Notes under the pieces: model-generated
The model's database searches: none
What the model was told of the DNA's origin: nothing
The model's input: only the letters and a program-made list of their open reading frames with translations
Made by a program: the position numbers and the translations under genes
Assembly (NCBI GenBank): GCA_030390025.1
Contig: CM059431.1
Location: 111,912,001 to 111,976,000, forward strand
Source: Squalus acanthias
Lineage: Eukaryota
Length of the DNA stretch: 64,000 nucleotides
Reading direction: 5' to 3'
Shown here: one piece after another, positions 13,217-25,928 of the stretch
Numbering within the stretch: position 1 is the first letter of the stretch
Layout of the letters: each line of letters starts with the position of its first letter

Positions 13217-13617
13217 TTTAGAAGAATGAGAGGTGAGCTCATTGAAACATATAAAATTCTTAAGGGGCTTAATAGGGTAGATGCAGGGAGGATGTTTCCC
13301 CTGGCTGGGGAATCTAGAACCAGGGGTCACAGTCTCAGAATAAGGAGTCAGCCATTTAGGACTGAGATGAGGAGACATTTCTTCACTCAGAGGGTGGTGA
13401 ATCTTTGGAATTCAATACCTCAGAGGGCTGCGGCTGCTCAGTCGTTGAGTATATTCAAGATAGAGATTGATAGATATTTGGATACCAAGGGAATCAAGGA
13501 ATATGGGAATAGTGTGGGAAGGTGGAGTTGAGGTAGAAGATCAGTCAAGATCTTATTGAATGGCGGAGCAGGCTCGAAGGGCCAAATGGCCTACTCCTAT
13601 TTCTAATGTTCTTATGT
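13217..13617 (+). mobile_element. CR1 LINE 3' fragment
   Basis: RRMRGELIETYKIL...TRGHSL...FFTQRVVNLWN plus 3' UTR. Confidence 0.9.
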
Positions 13618-13789
13618 TTACCATGTACTTCAACTAGAAATTACATTGGTTTTGTTTTACAAGCTGACCCTGGGAATGGCACAATTTTATATTGTGTGTA
13701 TGTATTTAAAAACATCCTTTGATTTAAAAACAAACATTCAAAGTAACATTATTTGCTATAAATTAATTTTGTTTGGTTTTCCTACCCAG

Positions 13790-13848
13790 ATGGACGCAAA
13801 CCATTCCCTATAAATCATGGAGACACTACTGCTGATAGCTTGCTCGAG
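13790..13848 (+). CDS. UCHL3: UCHL3 penultimate coding exon
   Basis: cctacccAG acceptor and GAG|GTAAGA donor; phase fits the previous exon. Translates (D)GRKPFPINHGDTTADSLLE. Confidence 0.96.
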
Positions 13849-14502
13849 GTAAGAGTGGGTCACATATTATTGTAGTTTATGAAACAAGCCCTAAATAAGG
13901 GAGACAGTTTATAAAATCCACGTAATCAACTGCAAATTGTATCTTGATGAACGAATACTAATGACATTAGCTCTTGAAATGAATGATTTTGCTTTGGAGT
14001 ATGCTGACAGCAAAAAGGTGAACTCAACAATCCCACAAAATTAGACTTTATTTCTAAGCACATTGGATGAGCTATCTAGTCTCGAGTTCAGTTGACGATT
14101 GTAAACACCTTAAACTTCCCTTGGGTAGTACCTCCTTTTGGCACTCAGAGCAAAAGGAAGTTGTTTAACTATCATTCTTCATTTAATTGCTGCTAATGGC
14201 ATTTAGGTGTGCTGTGGGAGAAGTTGCAATAATTGTATCTTGTGTTTTGAAAACTTTTGTCTTGAACGTTTTTTTCCCCCCCAGTCATCATACATTTCCC
14301 AGTCAGAAGGAAGGTAGATGACCTTCTCCAAAGCCTTCCTTATTATGCAGTGTCAGCTTGGCTGAGTTTGTAGCATTTTTGATTCTCATCAGAATGTTGT
14401 GAATTCAAGCCCCACTCCAGGCTGACGCTCCAATGCAGTGCAGGTGCGGGGTGGGGGGTTACTGCATTGTCAGGGATGCTGTCCGCCAGGTGAGATTTAA
14501 AC

Positions 14503-14957
14503 AAAGAAAGAGAGAGTTCAATTTCTATCGCGCCTTTCATGACCACTGGACGTCCCAAAGCGCTTTACAGCCAATGAAGCACTTTTTGAAGTGTAGTCAA
14601 TGTTGTACTGTAGGAAACACTCAGCCAATTTCTGCACAGCAAGCTCCCACAAACAGCAATGTGATAACGACCTGAGTATCTGTTTTTGTTACGTTGATTG
14701 AGGGATAAATATTGGCCCAGGACACTGGGGATAACTCCCCAGCTCCTCTTCGAAATAGTGCCACGGGATCTTTTACGTCCACCTGAGACGGGGCCTCGGT
14801 TTAACGTCTCATCCGAAAGACGGCACCTCTGACAGTGCGGCACTCCCTCAGCACTGCACTGGAGTGTCAGCTTAGATTTTTGTGCTCAAGTCTCTGGAGT
14901 GGGATTTGAACCCACAACCTTCTGATTCCGAGGCGAGAGTGCTACCAACTGAGCCAC
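14503..14957 (-). mobile_element. Full-length Deu SINE, preceded by a degraded + strand SINE head at ~14350-14500
   Basis: Reverse complement of 95-563. Confidence 0.9.
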
Positions 14958-15354
14958 TGGCCGTCAGACTGTCAGCCTGTTAAAAAAAAATTCCATTGCA
15001 TAATTTGAAGAGTAAGGAATGCTTCTGGTTTCCTGGCCAACATTCCGAAGCCACCACTACCAAAAGCACATCAAATGGCTTGTTTGATCATCCCGAACCA
15101 GCCTGGCTTAATGGGCCTTGGTTGAGACGATGTGCCCTTGTATCAGTTTCAAATACACTCCAAGTTATGACATTTCCCCCAGACAGGCTTGTCTGGTTTT
15201 AATACGCATTCTTCAAACCCTGCAGCCTTTTTCAACCTGTGAATTAATTTTGTTTTAAAAACACAACTCTTAAACATAAACTCAATCCCAAAATTCTTTC
15301 CATTTAAAAAAAATAATAATAATTAATTAATTAATCCTAAAACATGTCGGGTGC

Positions 15355-15860
15355 CTCACTTTTAGGAAAGATGTCAAGGTAATGGAACGAATATGGAAGA
15401 GATTCACAAAGGTACTACTAGGGATGACCGTGTTAGTTATGAGAAGAGACTTTAAAAAAAAAACTGGGGCTCTTTACATTAGAGCAAAGAAGGTCAAGAG
15501 GAGAGCTGGTGGAGATGTTCAAAATTGAGGGGTTTTGATGAGGTAAATATGGGAAAACTATTTCCACTAGCTGGTGAATCAGTAACTAGAGGGCATAAAG
15601 TTAAGATCATCAAAGGACTGAAGAGGTTAGGAGAATTTATTTTATCCAGAGGTTTGCTAAGACATGGAATTCCGTACCAGAAAGAGCAACGGAGGCATAA
15701 TCTGTAATTGCTTTTAAAAGTGAATGGGATAAATATATGAAAAAGAAAAAAAATTGAAAGGTGTGGGGAAAGGACATGGTGATGGGAGTAAGCGGTTAAT
15801 GGAGAACTCTCAGAACTGGCACAGGTGCAATGGGTTCTGTGCTGCAAAACTGCAATTCTA
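15355..15860 (+). mobile_element. Degenerate CR1 LINE 3' fragment
   Basis: GFDEVNMGKLFPLAGESVTRGHK motif. Confidence 0.8.
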
Positions 15861-16904
15861 TTATCTGACACAGAAGAATCTCCACGGAAGAAAACCAACC
15901 TAGTCTCTGGTTGCCTCCTGAGCGTCCTCGAATTAGATTGGAATTGATAGCACCAGAAGGCTACCACATGGAACGGCCATCACACATTTACAGAACATTA
16001 CCATCTAGATTTAACTACAGCACACACGGTTTCTGCCAGATCAGCCCTAACTACTACTGCCATGGCTCCTACACAGGGATCTCCACATCCTCAACTCGTA
16101 CTGTTTTGATGTGCTTCTACAGTATGTGGAGGGTGCGGAATGGAAAGGTAGATTATTACCTTGTAGGTTCTCCATTCTTTGAATGATATGCATCCTCTCG
16201 ACACTATCATCCCTTCTGTTCATTCCTGCAGGTGTACGGCAGGGGCGGGGGGGGGGGGGGGGGGGGTTGGCGGGAGAGGATAGTATCAAGCGGTTAATTA
16301 GTTTCAGGTCAGAACAAATTGACACAGATCCCTGGGCTTTGTACAGTGTGGGAATAGGAAAGCACATTGCGTGCTCAACATTTGATTTCCCGAGAACATG
16401 TCAAGCTAGGCCATACTTCTTTTGTCTGTGGAGAACACAGTTAATTTGAAGAATGAAGCAAACTTTACTGGATAAGTTTTTTTTTAATTGCTTTATTTTA
16501 TGGGAAAACAGCTAATTATTTTTAAAATCTGCTTTGTGGTACTGTTGCTGATTAGGAAAACAATAGTGGAAATATTTAGTAGTGATATTTTGGACTGAGT
16601 TACAAGGCTGAGATTCAGATGATTTTTAATCATCTGTTTTAGATTACAGTACTGTAACTCGCTCCTTGATAATACTTCCAAAAAATATTGAGGGGTGGGG
16701 GACTTGTTCCAACATTTACTGTCAATTGGCTCAGGATATTAATATCTTTGACATTAGTAATAGGATATTAATGAATTATATTATTTCACAATAACAAACT
16801 GTTCAATATGATTCAAGACTCTGATGGTCATTTATTTGTCTTTCACTGCAAACTGTTCCCAATCAACAAGCCGGAGAGCAGAGGCCAAACTTAAACAGAA
16901 TAAA

Positions 16905-17420
16905 TCAAAAGCAAAATACTGCAGATGCTGGAAATCTGAAATAAAAACAGAAAATGCTGGAAATACTCAGCAGGTCAGGCAGCATCTCTGGAGAGAGAAA
17001 CAGAGTTAACGTTTCAGGTCGATGACCTTTAGATTACAGTACTGGAAAAAGTTAGAGATGTAAGAGATTTTAAGCAGGTACAGAGGCAGGGAAAGGGGGG
17101 AGGGGAGGAAAGAACAAAAGGCAAGGTCTGTGCTCGGGTGGAAGGCTGAAGTGACAAAAGGGATGCTAGTACAAAGCAAAAGGAGATGGTAATGGGACAA
17201 GTAAAGAAACAAAAGATGAGTTTAGAAGAGGTGTAAATGGGAATGGCAGAATCATCAACAGCTGCCATGTGAAAAAATAGGGGCAGAGGTTATGGTCTGA
17301 AATTGTTGAACTCGATGTTGAGTCCAGAAGGCTGTAAAGTGCCTAATCGAAAGATGAGGTGCTGTTCCTCGAGCTTACGTTAAGCTTCATTGGAACAGTG
17401 TAGAGGCCGAGGTCAGAGAA
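16905..17420 (-). mobile_element. Penelope-like element 3' end (GIY-YIG C-terminus + pseudo-LTR)
   Basis: Minus strand reads RKLEEQHLIFRLGTLQPSGLNIEFNNFRP* (stop at 17290-17292), a PLE endonuclease tail, followed by the pLTR shared with 41974, 42651 and 43949. Confidence 0.85.
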
Positions 17421-17698
17421 GTCAGAGTGGAGCGGAGAATCACAGTATGTTTAAACAATGCTTTGGCGTGATTTCACTGCTGCAATTTAATTTGGGAGCA
17501 AGGATGTACTCTGTAATCTTTTTCTCCCGATTGAGATTAGTGCCTCGTAACCAATTTGATCAAACCAGCATCAATCAAAACAGCATTGATCAAAACAGTT
17601 GTTTGTCGAGATTTATTGCACAGAGCCTGATGTGGTTTTATTCTTTCTATACGAGGTTTCAGATTTCTTCCTGTTGTAATTTTCAATTTGCCTTCTAG

Positions 17699-17782
17699 GA
17701 TGCAATAGCAGTTTGTAAGAAGTTTATGCAGCGTGACCCTGATGAATTACGGTTTACAGTGGTGGCTCTCCACAAGGCCTAG
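17699..17782 (+). CDS. UCHL3: UCHL3 last coding exon
   Basis: ccttctAG acceptor. Translates DAIAVCKKFMQRDPDELRFTVVALHKA*, with TAG at 17780-17782; resembles the human DAIEVCKKFMERDPDELRF C-terminus. Confidence 0.96.
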   Translation, partial: DAIAVCKKFMQRDPDELRFTVVALHKA

Positions 17783-18247
17783 AATGCTTCAGCCTGGAAG
17801 GAAAAAGGAGCTGCAACAACTGAACTTGAATTGGCTTCCAGCGGTGTTGCTTTACTCCGGTCTCCAAGCTTGTGATCGTCTTGATCTGGTTTAATTCACG
17901 TAAAGACTTGATTTAATACCTTTATGGAATATGTCCGATGTTCCCCCACACCCCCGTCCCCCAAGAAATCCCATAACGAAGTGTACATCAGTGTGTACTT
18001 TTTGTCTTAACTCCTGTAACAAGAGTGCTCCGTTTTGAAACTTATCCCACCCTACATTTCCAGTGACTAACTGAAAGCGGCAGAAATTCACCTGGGGGGG
18101 AAGGGGTTTGCAAGATTCTTGCTGTAGTGTTCACACCAGCTGCACTCTAATCACTAACTCGAAATCAAATGGACATCTTGCAATAGCTGGAAAGTTGTAT
18201 GCGAGAGCAGGCAACAATCTGACGCTCCTTGCTTTCTAAATGTGCTC

Positions 18248-18253
18248 AATAAA
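18248..18253 (+). terminator. Likely UCHL3 polyadenylation signal
   Basis: AATAAA about 470 nt after the stop codon, followed about 17 nt later by a GT-rich stretch (GTGTGTTCTGGTGCTTGTCTTT). Confidence 0.75.
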
Positions 18254-19624
18254 TTAATTATTGGTATCCGTGTGTTCTGGTGCTTGTCTTTCCTTTCCTG
18301 TTCAGTCCAACAAGCCACTCAAATGTTCCACTGCTATCCCAACAGTCCTTTACGTCCCCTAAGACTCTACATTTTTCCCAAATGACAAGTTGATTTTCCA
18401 CAGGTTTGCTGGGGAGAGCAGAGATCTGATTTTTTTTTTTCTCTCTGATTTGAGAAGGGAAAATTTCTTCTAATTGTTGGCTTAGCCTAGCAATTTTATA
18501 CTTTTGTCACCTTGTTCGGAAATTGGTCTAAGCTGAACAACATGGATGCAATTATCAATACCGTTCAGCAATTTAAAAACCTCATCCGTAACCCTATTTT
18601 TTTTTTTTGCAATGAAACCAGTCCCATTTCGTAAGCCGCCTCCTAAGTTTGGAACCACTCTCCTTCAATGCAGCAATGTTTGTTTTTCAACCCGAGTCTG
18701 CATAGCATTCCAAATTTAGATACATCGCAAAAAGTAGAAAATGTTTTTGTCAGCAAACTTTGAAGAGTGGCTGGCGGGGGGGGGGAAATCTGGTCACGGA
18801 AAAGATTCTGCACGGACATGGGTAACCTAGCCTTCTACACACAGTGGCTTCAGTTCCTGTTGGGACATGGAATGTTATCTATGGAATGCAGCCAGCCAAG
18901 GTCGAATAATTATGTTGTTATTGGACTGATGTCCTGGACTTTTAATTCAATTGCCTCTGAGTCCCAGGAGGAAGTGGGCAGAGACTACAGCAGCTGATCC
19001 ATTGGAATGAGCACGCTCGAAGGACCAAGTGGTTATTTATTTAGATGAATGGATTTTAACATAACTGCAGCCATTTTCTAACTGCTAAAACTACGTGAGG
19101 AAACTGCCACATGGTGAAATAGTAGAACCAGACGCAAATGATAGTAATTTTACTAATTGTACTGTTAGGAATTGCCAAATGCGCCATTAGTGTGCTTCAA
19201 CAGTATCTTAACTTGGCGAGTGTTCTGGTTGAGCAACAATGAGCTGTTATAAAGGCTGGTATACTCTGTACAGTCACAACATGCTCCTTCCAGAAAGACA
19301 CCACCATCCCCACTAATCTCCTGTACAGTTGTTTAACTCCTGTTTTAAAAGTAAAGCTTCCATTAACTCTTTCCCAGTCTGAAAACTAATAACGCTGCTG
19401 TCTCAGTTTCCCCCAAAACCACTGCAAATGGCATCCAAGAGTCAGTTATTTTATTGCAAGCTGCTACTTAGCAATTTAAAATTAAATTATAAACGGCGAC
19501 TTTGTTGCTGATTGTTTGATATGAGACGTGGCAGTTTTCATCTACTTGATACTATTAGTGACTACGAGCTGCACTGAACCAGTGTAGAACTGGGGAACTC
19601 CTTTTGGAAAATCTAAATGAGTGA

Positions 19625-19931
19625 GAAAGATAGACTTGCATTTATATAGCGCCTTTCACGACCACCAGGCGTCTCAACGCGCTTTACAGCCAATGAAGTA
19701 CTTTTGAAGTGGAGTCACTGTTGTAATGTGGGAAACGCGGCAGCCAATTTGCGCACAGCAAGGTCCCACAAACAGCAATGTGATAACGACCAGATAATCT
19801 GTTTTTGTTATGCTGGTTGAGGGATAAATATTGGCCAGGACACCGGGGAGAACTCCCCTGCTCCTCTTCGAAATAACGTCCACCTGACAGAGCAGACGGG
19901 GCCTCGGTTTAACGTCTCATCCAAAAGACGG
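19625..19931 (-). mobile_element. Deu SINE, 5'-truncated
   Basis: Reverse complement of the SINE core and tail. Confidence 0.88.
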
Positions 19932-20517
19932 GAGGATAGACTCACTGAACTGCAACCTTGCAAATTGAGCAATAATGGATGTATAGGAACAGAGTAGATT
20001 CAAGGGCCCAGTTTGATTTTAAATACTACGGCTACAGGACAAGTCTTCACAATATGCTCGGCTGCAACTGACGGTATTGCTGTCATGATTGTGATTCAAT
20101 GTGCTGTTTTATGGAAGAATAAGATGACTTTTTCTATTCAAGCTAGTTTCCTCCCCTTCTTAAAAGTGGGCACCCACACATATCCACCACCCCTAAATAG
20201 AGAGGGTAGGTAGTTGACCAGTAAGGAGTCTGCAAAAGCAGTTCTGAAACTTGACTGCGAAGGAGATGCACAAGAATACCCTGCATGTCAGTTGTGAGAC
20301 CCCTGCTGGTTGGTCCCTGCAGCACCAAATTTTAAACGGGAATAATTCGAAAGGATACTTTTAAACCGGAACTCTGAGTACAGTGGACACTTTTTAAGCA
20401 ACTGACTGTTGGCATGTGGCTCACAGAAAGGTAGAGGAGAACAACAACTGAATATTTAAGAAAACCTAATCACTACCCTGCCCCTAATTATGTGGTTATT
20501 TAAGTATCACAGACTAA

Positions 20518-21349
20518 GGGCTGGATTTTCATTGACCCGTGGAGTTGGGTTTGGAGGCGTGTGGGGGGGGTTAAAGTTGCAGATTCGGGGGGTCCCGCCC
20601 CCCAACCCGCCTCCATGCCAGTTTCGCTGGAGGCGGGTACCCGACCTGTGCTGCAGTTTCGCTGGAGGCGGGAAGGGGATTAGTGACAATTAACTGCCTG
20701 TTAACAGGTAGTTAACAGGCAGTTTTTTGCCTAATCCCTATTTTAATGGCTGAAATGTGGGCTTCCCGACAGGTGCCAACCACGCCAGGTTAGCGAGGCG
20801 GACCGTGGGTCTGCAGGGGTTGGAGGGGTCGATATGTCCGGTGGGCAGGTGAGTGATGGGTGCATGTGTGCAGAGGTAAGTGTGTAAGGTAAGTGCAAAG
20901 TGTGGGGAAAAGTTTTACTTACCTTAACTTCCTCCTGCAGGCGTCAGCCCTTCAGTTCTCGGGAGTCAGAAATCTCACCGGCACAGAAAGCAGAAAGGCC
21001 GTGGTGCTGTCAAAAGTTTCAGCCTCTGTTTTCTGTGCTGGAATGATTTCTAACTCAGCCTGAGAGGAAGGACTCAAGTTAGAAGACATATTGTCAGTGT
21101 TTGACAGCTTCACAGAGCTGTCAAACGCTGATATTTCATCTGTCAAAAGCTCGACAGATGAAATGTCAATCTGTGACGTCACCTGTTGCCGGGTGGCCCT
21201 TAATTGGCCTGCTGAGCCCACTGGGCGGGCTCAACAAGGTCAATCAAGGAAAAATACAGTGGGTTGGCCACATCTTGATGGAGGCAGGTCTACAAGCCAA
21301 AATGTGGGATTCACGGCACCAACCCGACCCCAGTATCAAAATCCAGCCC
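20518..21349. mobile_element. Non-autonomous PIF/Harbinger element
   Basis: Perfect 12-bp TIRs GGGCTGGATTTT / AAAATCCAGCCC; TAA TSD at 20515-20517 and 21350-21352. Confidence 0.85.
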
Positions 21350-21479
21350 TAAGTCTTTTGCATAACTTAATTTATACCATGTATGTGGAGATAACATGTC
21401 CTAGAACTTTTTGTACATGATTAACTGTAACAACAACAACAACAATTTATTTATTTAGCACATTTAACGTAGTAAAATT

Positions 21480-22120
21480 GCAAATGGTATGTTGGCCTTT
21501 ATTACAAGAGGATTTGAGTACAAGAGTAAAGACGTCTTACTGCAATTATATAGGGCCCTGGTGAGACCACACCTGGAGTATTGTGTACAGTTTTGGTCTC
21601 TTTACCTGAGAAAGGATACACTTGCCATAGAGGGAGTGCAATGAAGGTTCACCAGACTGGTTCCTGGGATGAGGGGATTGTCCTATAAGGAGAGATTGAG
21701 TAGACTAGGTCTATATTCTCTGGCGTTTAGAAGAATGAGAGGTGATCTCATTGAAACATACAACATTCTTACAGGGCTTGAAGGGTAGATGCAGGGAGGA
21801 TGTTTCTCCTGGCTGGGGAGTCTAGAACCAGGGGTCACAGTCTCAGAATAAGGCGTCGGCCATTTAGGACTGAGATGAGGAGAAATTTCTTCACTCAGAG
21901 GGTGGTGAATCTTTGGAATTCTCTACCCCAGAGGGCTGTGGAGGCTCAGTCGTTGAGTATATTCAAGACTGAGATCGATAGATTTTTGAATATTAAGGGA
22001 ATCAAGGGATATGGGGATAGTGCGGGAAAGTGGAGATGAGGTAGAAGATCAGCCGTGATCTTATTGAATGGCGGAGCAGTCTCGAGGGGCCAAAGGGCCT
22101 ACTCCTGCTCCTATGTCTTA
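21480..22120 (+). mobile_element. CR1 LINE 3' fragment
   Basis: [18 protein letters not shown]...TRGHSL...FFTQRVV plus 3' UTR; inserted into an L2 tail (minus, ~21428-21475 and 22120-22282). Confidence 0.9.
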
Positions 22121-22911
22121 TGTCCCAAGGTACTTCACAGGAGTATTATAAGACAAAAGATTGGATACCGAGCCACATGAGGAGAAATTAGGGCCGACGA
22201 CCAAAGCTTGGTCAAAGAGGTAGGTTTTAAGGAGCGTCTTAAAGGAGGAAAGGGAGGCGGAGAGGTTTAGGCAGGGAATTCCAGACCATGATATTGCTTG
22301 ATATAAATCTATTTTACTGTCGACAGGTTTTTTTTTCATTATATCTTTCCTGTGTACACAAAACAAAATACATGCAGAAAGCCCTTGTTAAATCCATCTT
22401 TACGAACTTCTAAAAGAGGTTCTAAGAGGTTCTAAAAGCAAAATAAAAGTTTTATATGAACCCACATCAACACTGCAAAGTCAAGGATCCTCAGACTACC
22501 AGGTGGGATTTTAAACAACCCTCCAAAAAATAAACATTGCAACGAATCCTTGATCTTCCACTTCCCATTAATACTAGAATCCAGTAATAACCAAGCTTGA
22601 CTGCATTTACATTCTCTCAGATAAATGGAGATTAAAATCACTGCACCACATCAAGGTGCAGACTTTTCAGCATATAGCTATAGATCTGATTGTAGGAGCT
22701 TTAACAGTTTAGATTAGGAAGGGAAATAATGCAAGTAGTCAGAGCTGGTATAATGGAAATACTGTGCTTTCTGACCTATTTGTCTGACATTTGTTTGACT
22801 TTTATTCATACAAACACTGGGTACATATTTGTATAGTAGCATTACTGTGTGTTTTTTTGTGCTTGGCACATTGGGGAGTTGGCCCTTCCTGTCCATTAGC
22901 ACTGAATTTTG

Positions 22912-23356
22912 GTGTTAGCCATGGCTCAGTACTCTTGTTTCTGAGTCAGAAGGTTGTGGGTTCAAGTCCCACTCCAGGGACTTGAGCATGTAAATCTAGG
23001 CTGGCACTCCAGTGCGGTGCTGAGGGAGCGCTGCACTGTCGGAGGTGCCGTCTTTCGGATGAGACGTTAAACTGAGGCCCCGTCTGCTCTCTCAGGTGGA
23101 CGTAAAAGATCCCATGGCACTATTTCGAAGAAGAGCAGGGGGAGTTATCCCCGGTGTCCTGGCCAATATTTATACCTCAATCAACAAACAAAAACAGATG
23201 ATCTGGTCATTATCACATTGCTGTTTGTGGGAGCTTGCTGTGCGCAAATTGGCTGCTGCGTTTCCTGCATTACGACAGTAACTACACTCCAAAAGTACTT
23301 CATTGGCTGTAAAGCGCTTTGAGACGTCAAAGGCGCTATATAAATGCGAGTCTTTC
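22912..23356 (+). mobile_element. Deu SINE
   Basis: Similar to 95-563. Confidence 0.9.
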
Positions 23357-23359
23357 TAC

Positions 23360-23584
23360 CCTGCTCTTCTTCAAATAGTGCAATAGGACCTTTTACTTGT
23401 ACCTGAGAGAGCAGACGTGGCCTCAGCTTAGCGTCTCATCTGAAAGACGGCACCTCCGACAGTGCAGCACTCCCTCAGCACTGCACTGGAGTGTCAGCCG
23501 AGATTATCTGCTCTGGAGTGGGACTTGAACCTAAACCTTCTGACCCAGAGGCGAGGGTGCTCCCAACTGAGCCACAGCTGACAC
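23360..23584 (-). mobile_element. Deu SINE 5' half, inverted and adjacent to the previous copy
   Basis: Reverse complement of the SINE head and Deu core. Confidence 0.88.
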
Positions 23585-24061
23585 TGAACACCAAAGTTTC
23601 CATAAGTGACCAGCAGCGTTGAGGATTTTGAGGATTCCCATTCTCCCATCAGCTTGTCTAATCATCTTCAGCACTTGTTCGCTCCGAACAGAAATCAAAT
23701 GCATTACTACGACAACTTTTTGTCAATGTGATTGCCACCCCAAGGAGTTGAATGTTTGAAACAAAAGCATTTGCAATCCTTATGGAATTGAGGTGGATAT
23801 GCTAAACTAAGCTCAAGCTTTCTAAGAAGAACTATGAACTGAGATAACTCAACATTTATTTGCCTATTGTCTAATTCGACATAATCCTCTCAGGATTTAG
23901 CTATTGTTTATCTGACCAATGTCATTTTTCACATCTGGTAATTAATGAAGATAAACAAAATGAGGCTAATCAGACTTCCATTGGGAGATTGCAGCATAAA
24001 TGTTACAATAAGATAAACATTCATTTTTTTCCTCCAGTATTCTCCCTATGACCTTCCTTTC

Positions 24062-24470
24062 CCCGTTTTCAAAATTCTCATCCTTATTTTCAAATCCCTC
24101 CATGGCCTCGCCCCTTCCTATCTCTGTAACCTCCTTCAGCCCCACAACCCCCCGAGATATCTGCGCTCCTCTAATTCTGCCCTCTTGAGCATCCCTGATT
24201 ATAATCGCTCAACCTTTGGTGGCCGTGCCTTCTGTTGCCTCGGCCCTGAACTCTGGAATTCCCCGCCTAAACCTCTCCGCCTCGCTACCTCTCTTTCCTC
24301 CTTTAAGATGCTCCTTAAAATCTACCTCTTTGACCAAGCTTTTGGTCACCTGCCCTAATTTATCCTTATGTGGCTCGGTGTCAAATTTTTGTCTTAAAAT
24401 TCTCCTGTGCAGCGTCCATGGGATGTTTTACTACATTAAAGGCGCTATATAAATACAAGTTGTTGTTGTT
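24062..24470 (+). mobile_element. L2-clade LINE 3' fragment
   Basis: Closely similar to 28735-29135; ends GGCGCTATATAAATACAAGTTGTTGTTG. Confidence 0.85.
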
Positions 24471-25384
24471 TCCTGAAGGTAAAGACTCATGCCAGGCTGG
24501 AGTCCCAAAGGCACTTGTAACTCTCCAGCAACTCATCCAATTAACTTCTTCACCTTTGTGACCATACCCTGTAAACATTTCCCCCTGCTACAAAGCTGCA
24601 AATCTGGAGTTCATTTTTATTTAGCTCATAAAAGTGTCGATTTGCCTCAGTGATAGGACGTTGGCCTCTAAATCAGAAGTCTGTGGGTTCAAGGCCCACA
24701 ATGGACTTGAGCATATAATCTGGACTGAGACTTCAGTGCAATACTGAGCGAGTGATGCGTTGTTTAATGAGACATTAAACTGAGACCCTGGCTGCTTGAT
24801 CTATCCCGAGTTGACCAATCTCAGATGGGGTGATTGTAAGGGAACTACAATTCTCCTTTCTGCCCCTGAATTAGAGAGGGGGAAAAGTCTTGCTCTATAT
24901 GGTAATCCAACAATCCCTTCTGGAAAATGGATGTTGGATGAGGACAGGAGTGGGTTTCACTATAATGCCATGCACAGTCGAATAGCCTCTTGGCACCCAC
25001 TGTCCAGAGTGACATACATTTTAAATAGCAAGTGTCCTGTCCACAGGATGCAGCAAAGCACTCCACAGCCAATGAATTAGTTTTGTAGTGCAGTCATTGT
25101 TGTTCAGTAGGTCAATGTGGCAGCCAATGTATGTACAGCAAGGTCCCAGCAATGGCAATGAGATGGATGACCAATAAATCTATTTTGGTGACTTTGGTTG
25201 AAGGAAGAATGCTGGCCAGGGCTCTGGGCATAAATAATATATTCTATACTTACAGCAAAAAGAGAAGGTTTCTCACAAATCCAAACTGTGCTGGGAGTTT
25301 GATGGGGTCTATGTATAATGGAAATCCACCCCCCAAAGTTTCACAGTGAACAAATAACAGAATTCAATTGTGAAATTCCTCATT

Positions 25385-25915
25385 TTTTTTTATTCGTTCT
25401 TGGCATATGGGAGTCGCTGGCAAGGCCAGCATTTATTGCCCATCCCTAATTGCCCTTGAGAAGGTGGTGGTGAACCGCTGCAGTCCGTGTGGTGAAGGTA
25501 CTCCCACAGTACTGTTAGGGAGGGAGTTCCAGGATTTTGACCCAGCGACGATGAAGGATCGGCGATATACTTCCAAGTCAGGATGGTGTGTGACTTGGAG
25601 GGGAACTTGGAGGTGGTGGTGTTCCCATGCGCCTGCTGCCCTTGTCCTTCTAGGTGGAAGAGGTCACGGGTTTGGGAGGTGCTGCCGAAGAAGCCTTGGC
25701 GAGTTGCTGCAGTGCATCTTGTAGATGGTACACACTGCAGCCATGGTGCGCCTGTGGTGGAGGGAGTGAATGTTTAAGGTGGTGGATGGGGTGCCAATCC
25801 AGCGGGCTGCTTTGTCCTGGATGGTGTCGAGCTTCTTGAGTGTTGTTGGAGCTGCACTCATCCAGGCAAGTGGAGAGTATTCCATCACACTCCTGACTTG
25901 TGCCTTGTAGATGTA
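25385..25915 (-). mobile_element. CR1-group LINE 3' fragment (Zenon-like)
   Basis: YKAQVRSVMEYSPLAW...LDTIQDKAAR...LHHRR; A-rich tail; same family as 46183 and 52190. Confidence 0.8.
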
Positions 25916-25928
25916 GATCTGCAGTACG

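Noticed and set aside
19674..19883. Recurrent short ORFs such as SRGVLPGVLANIYPS
   Set aside because: Translations of SINE copies, not a gene family.
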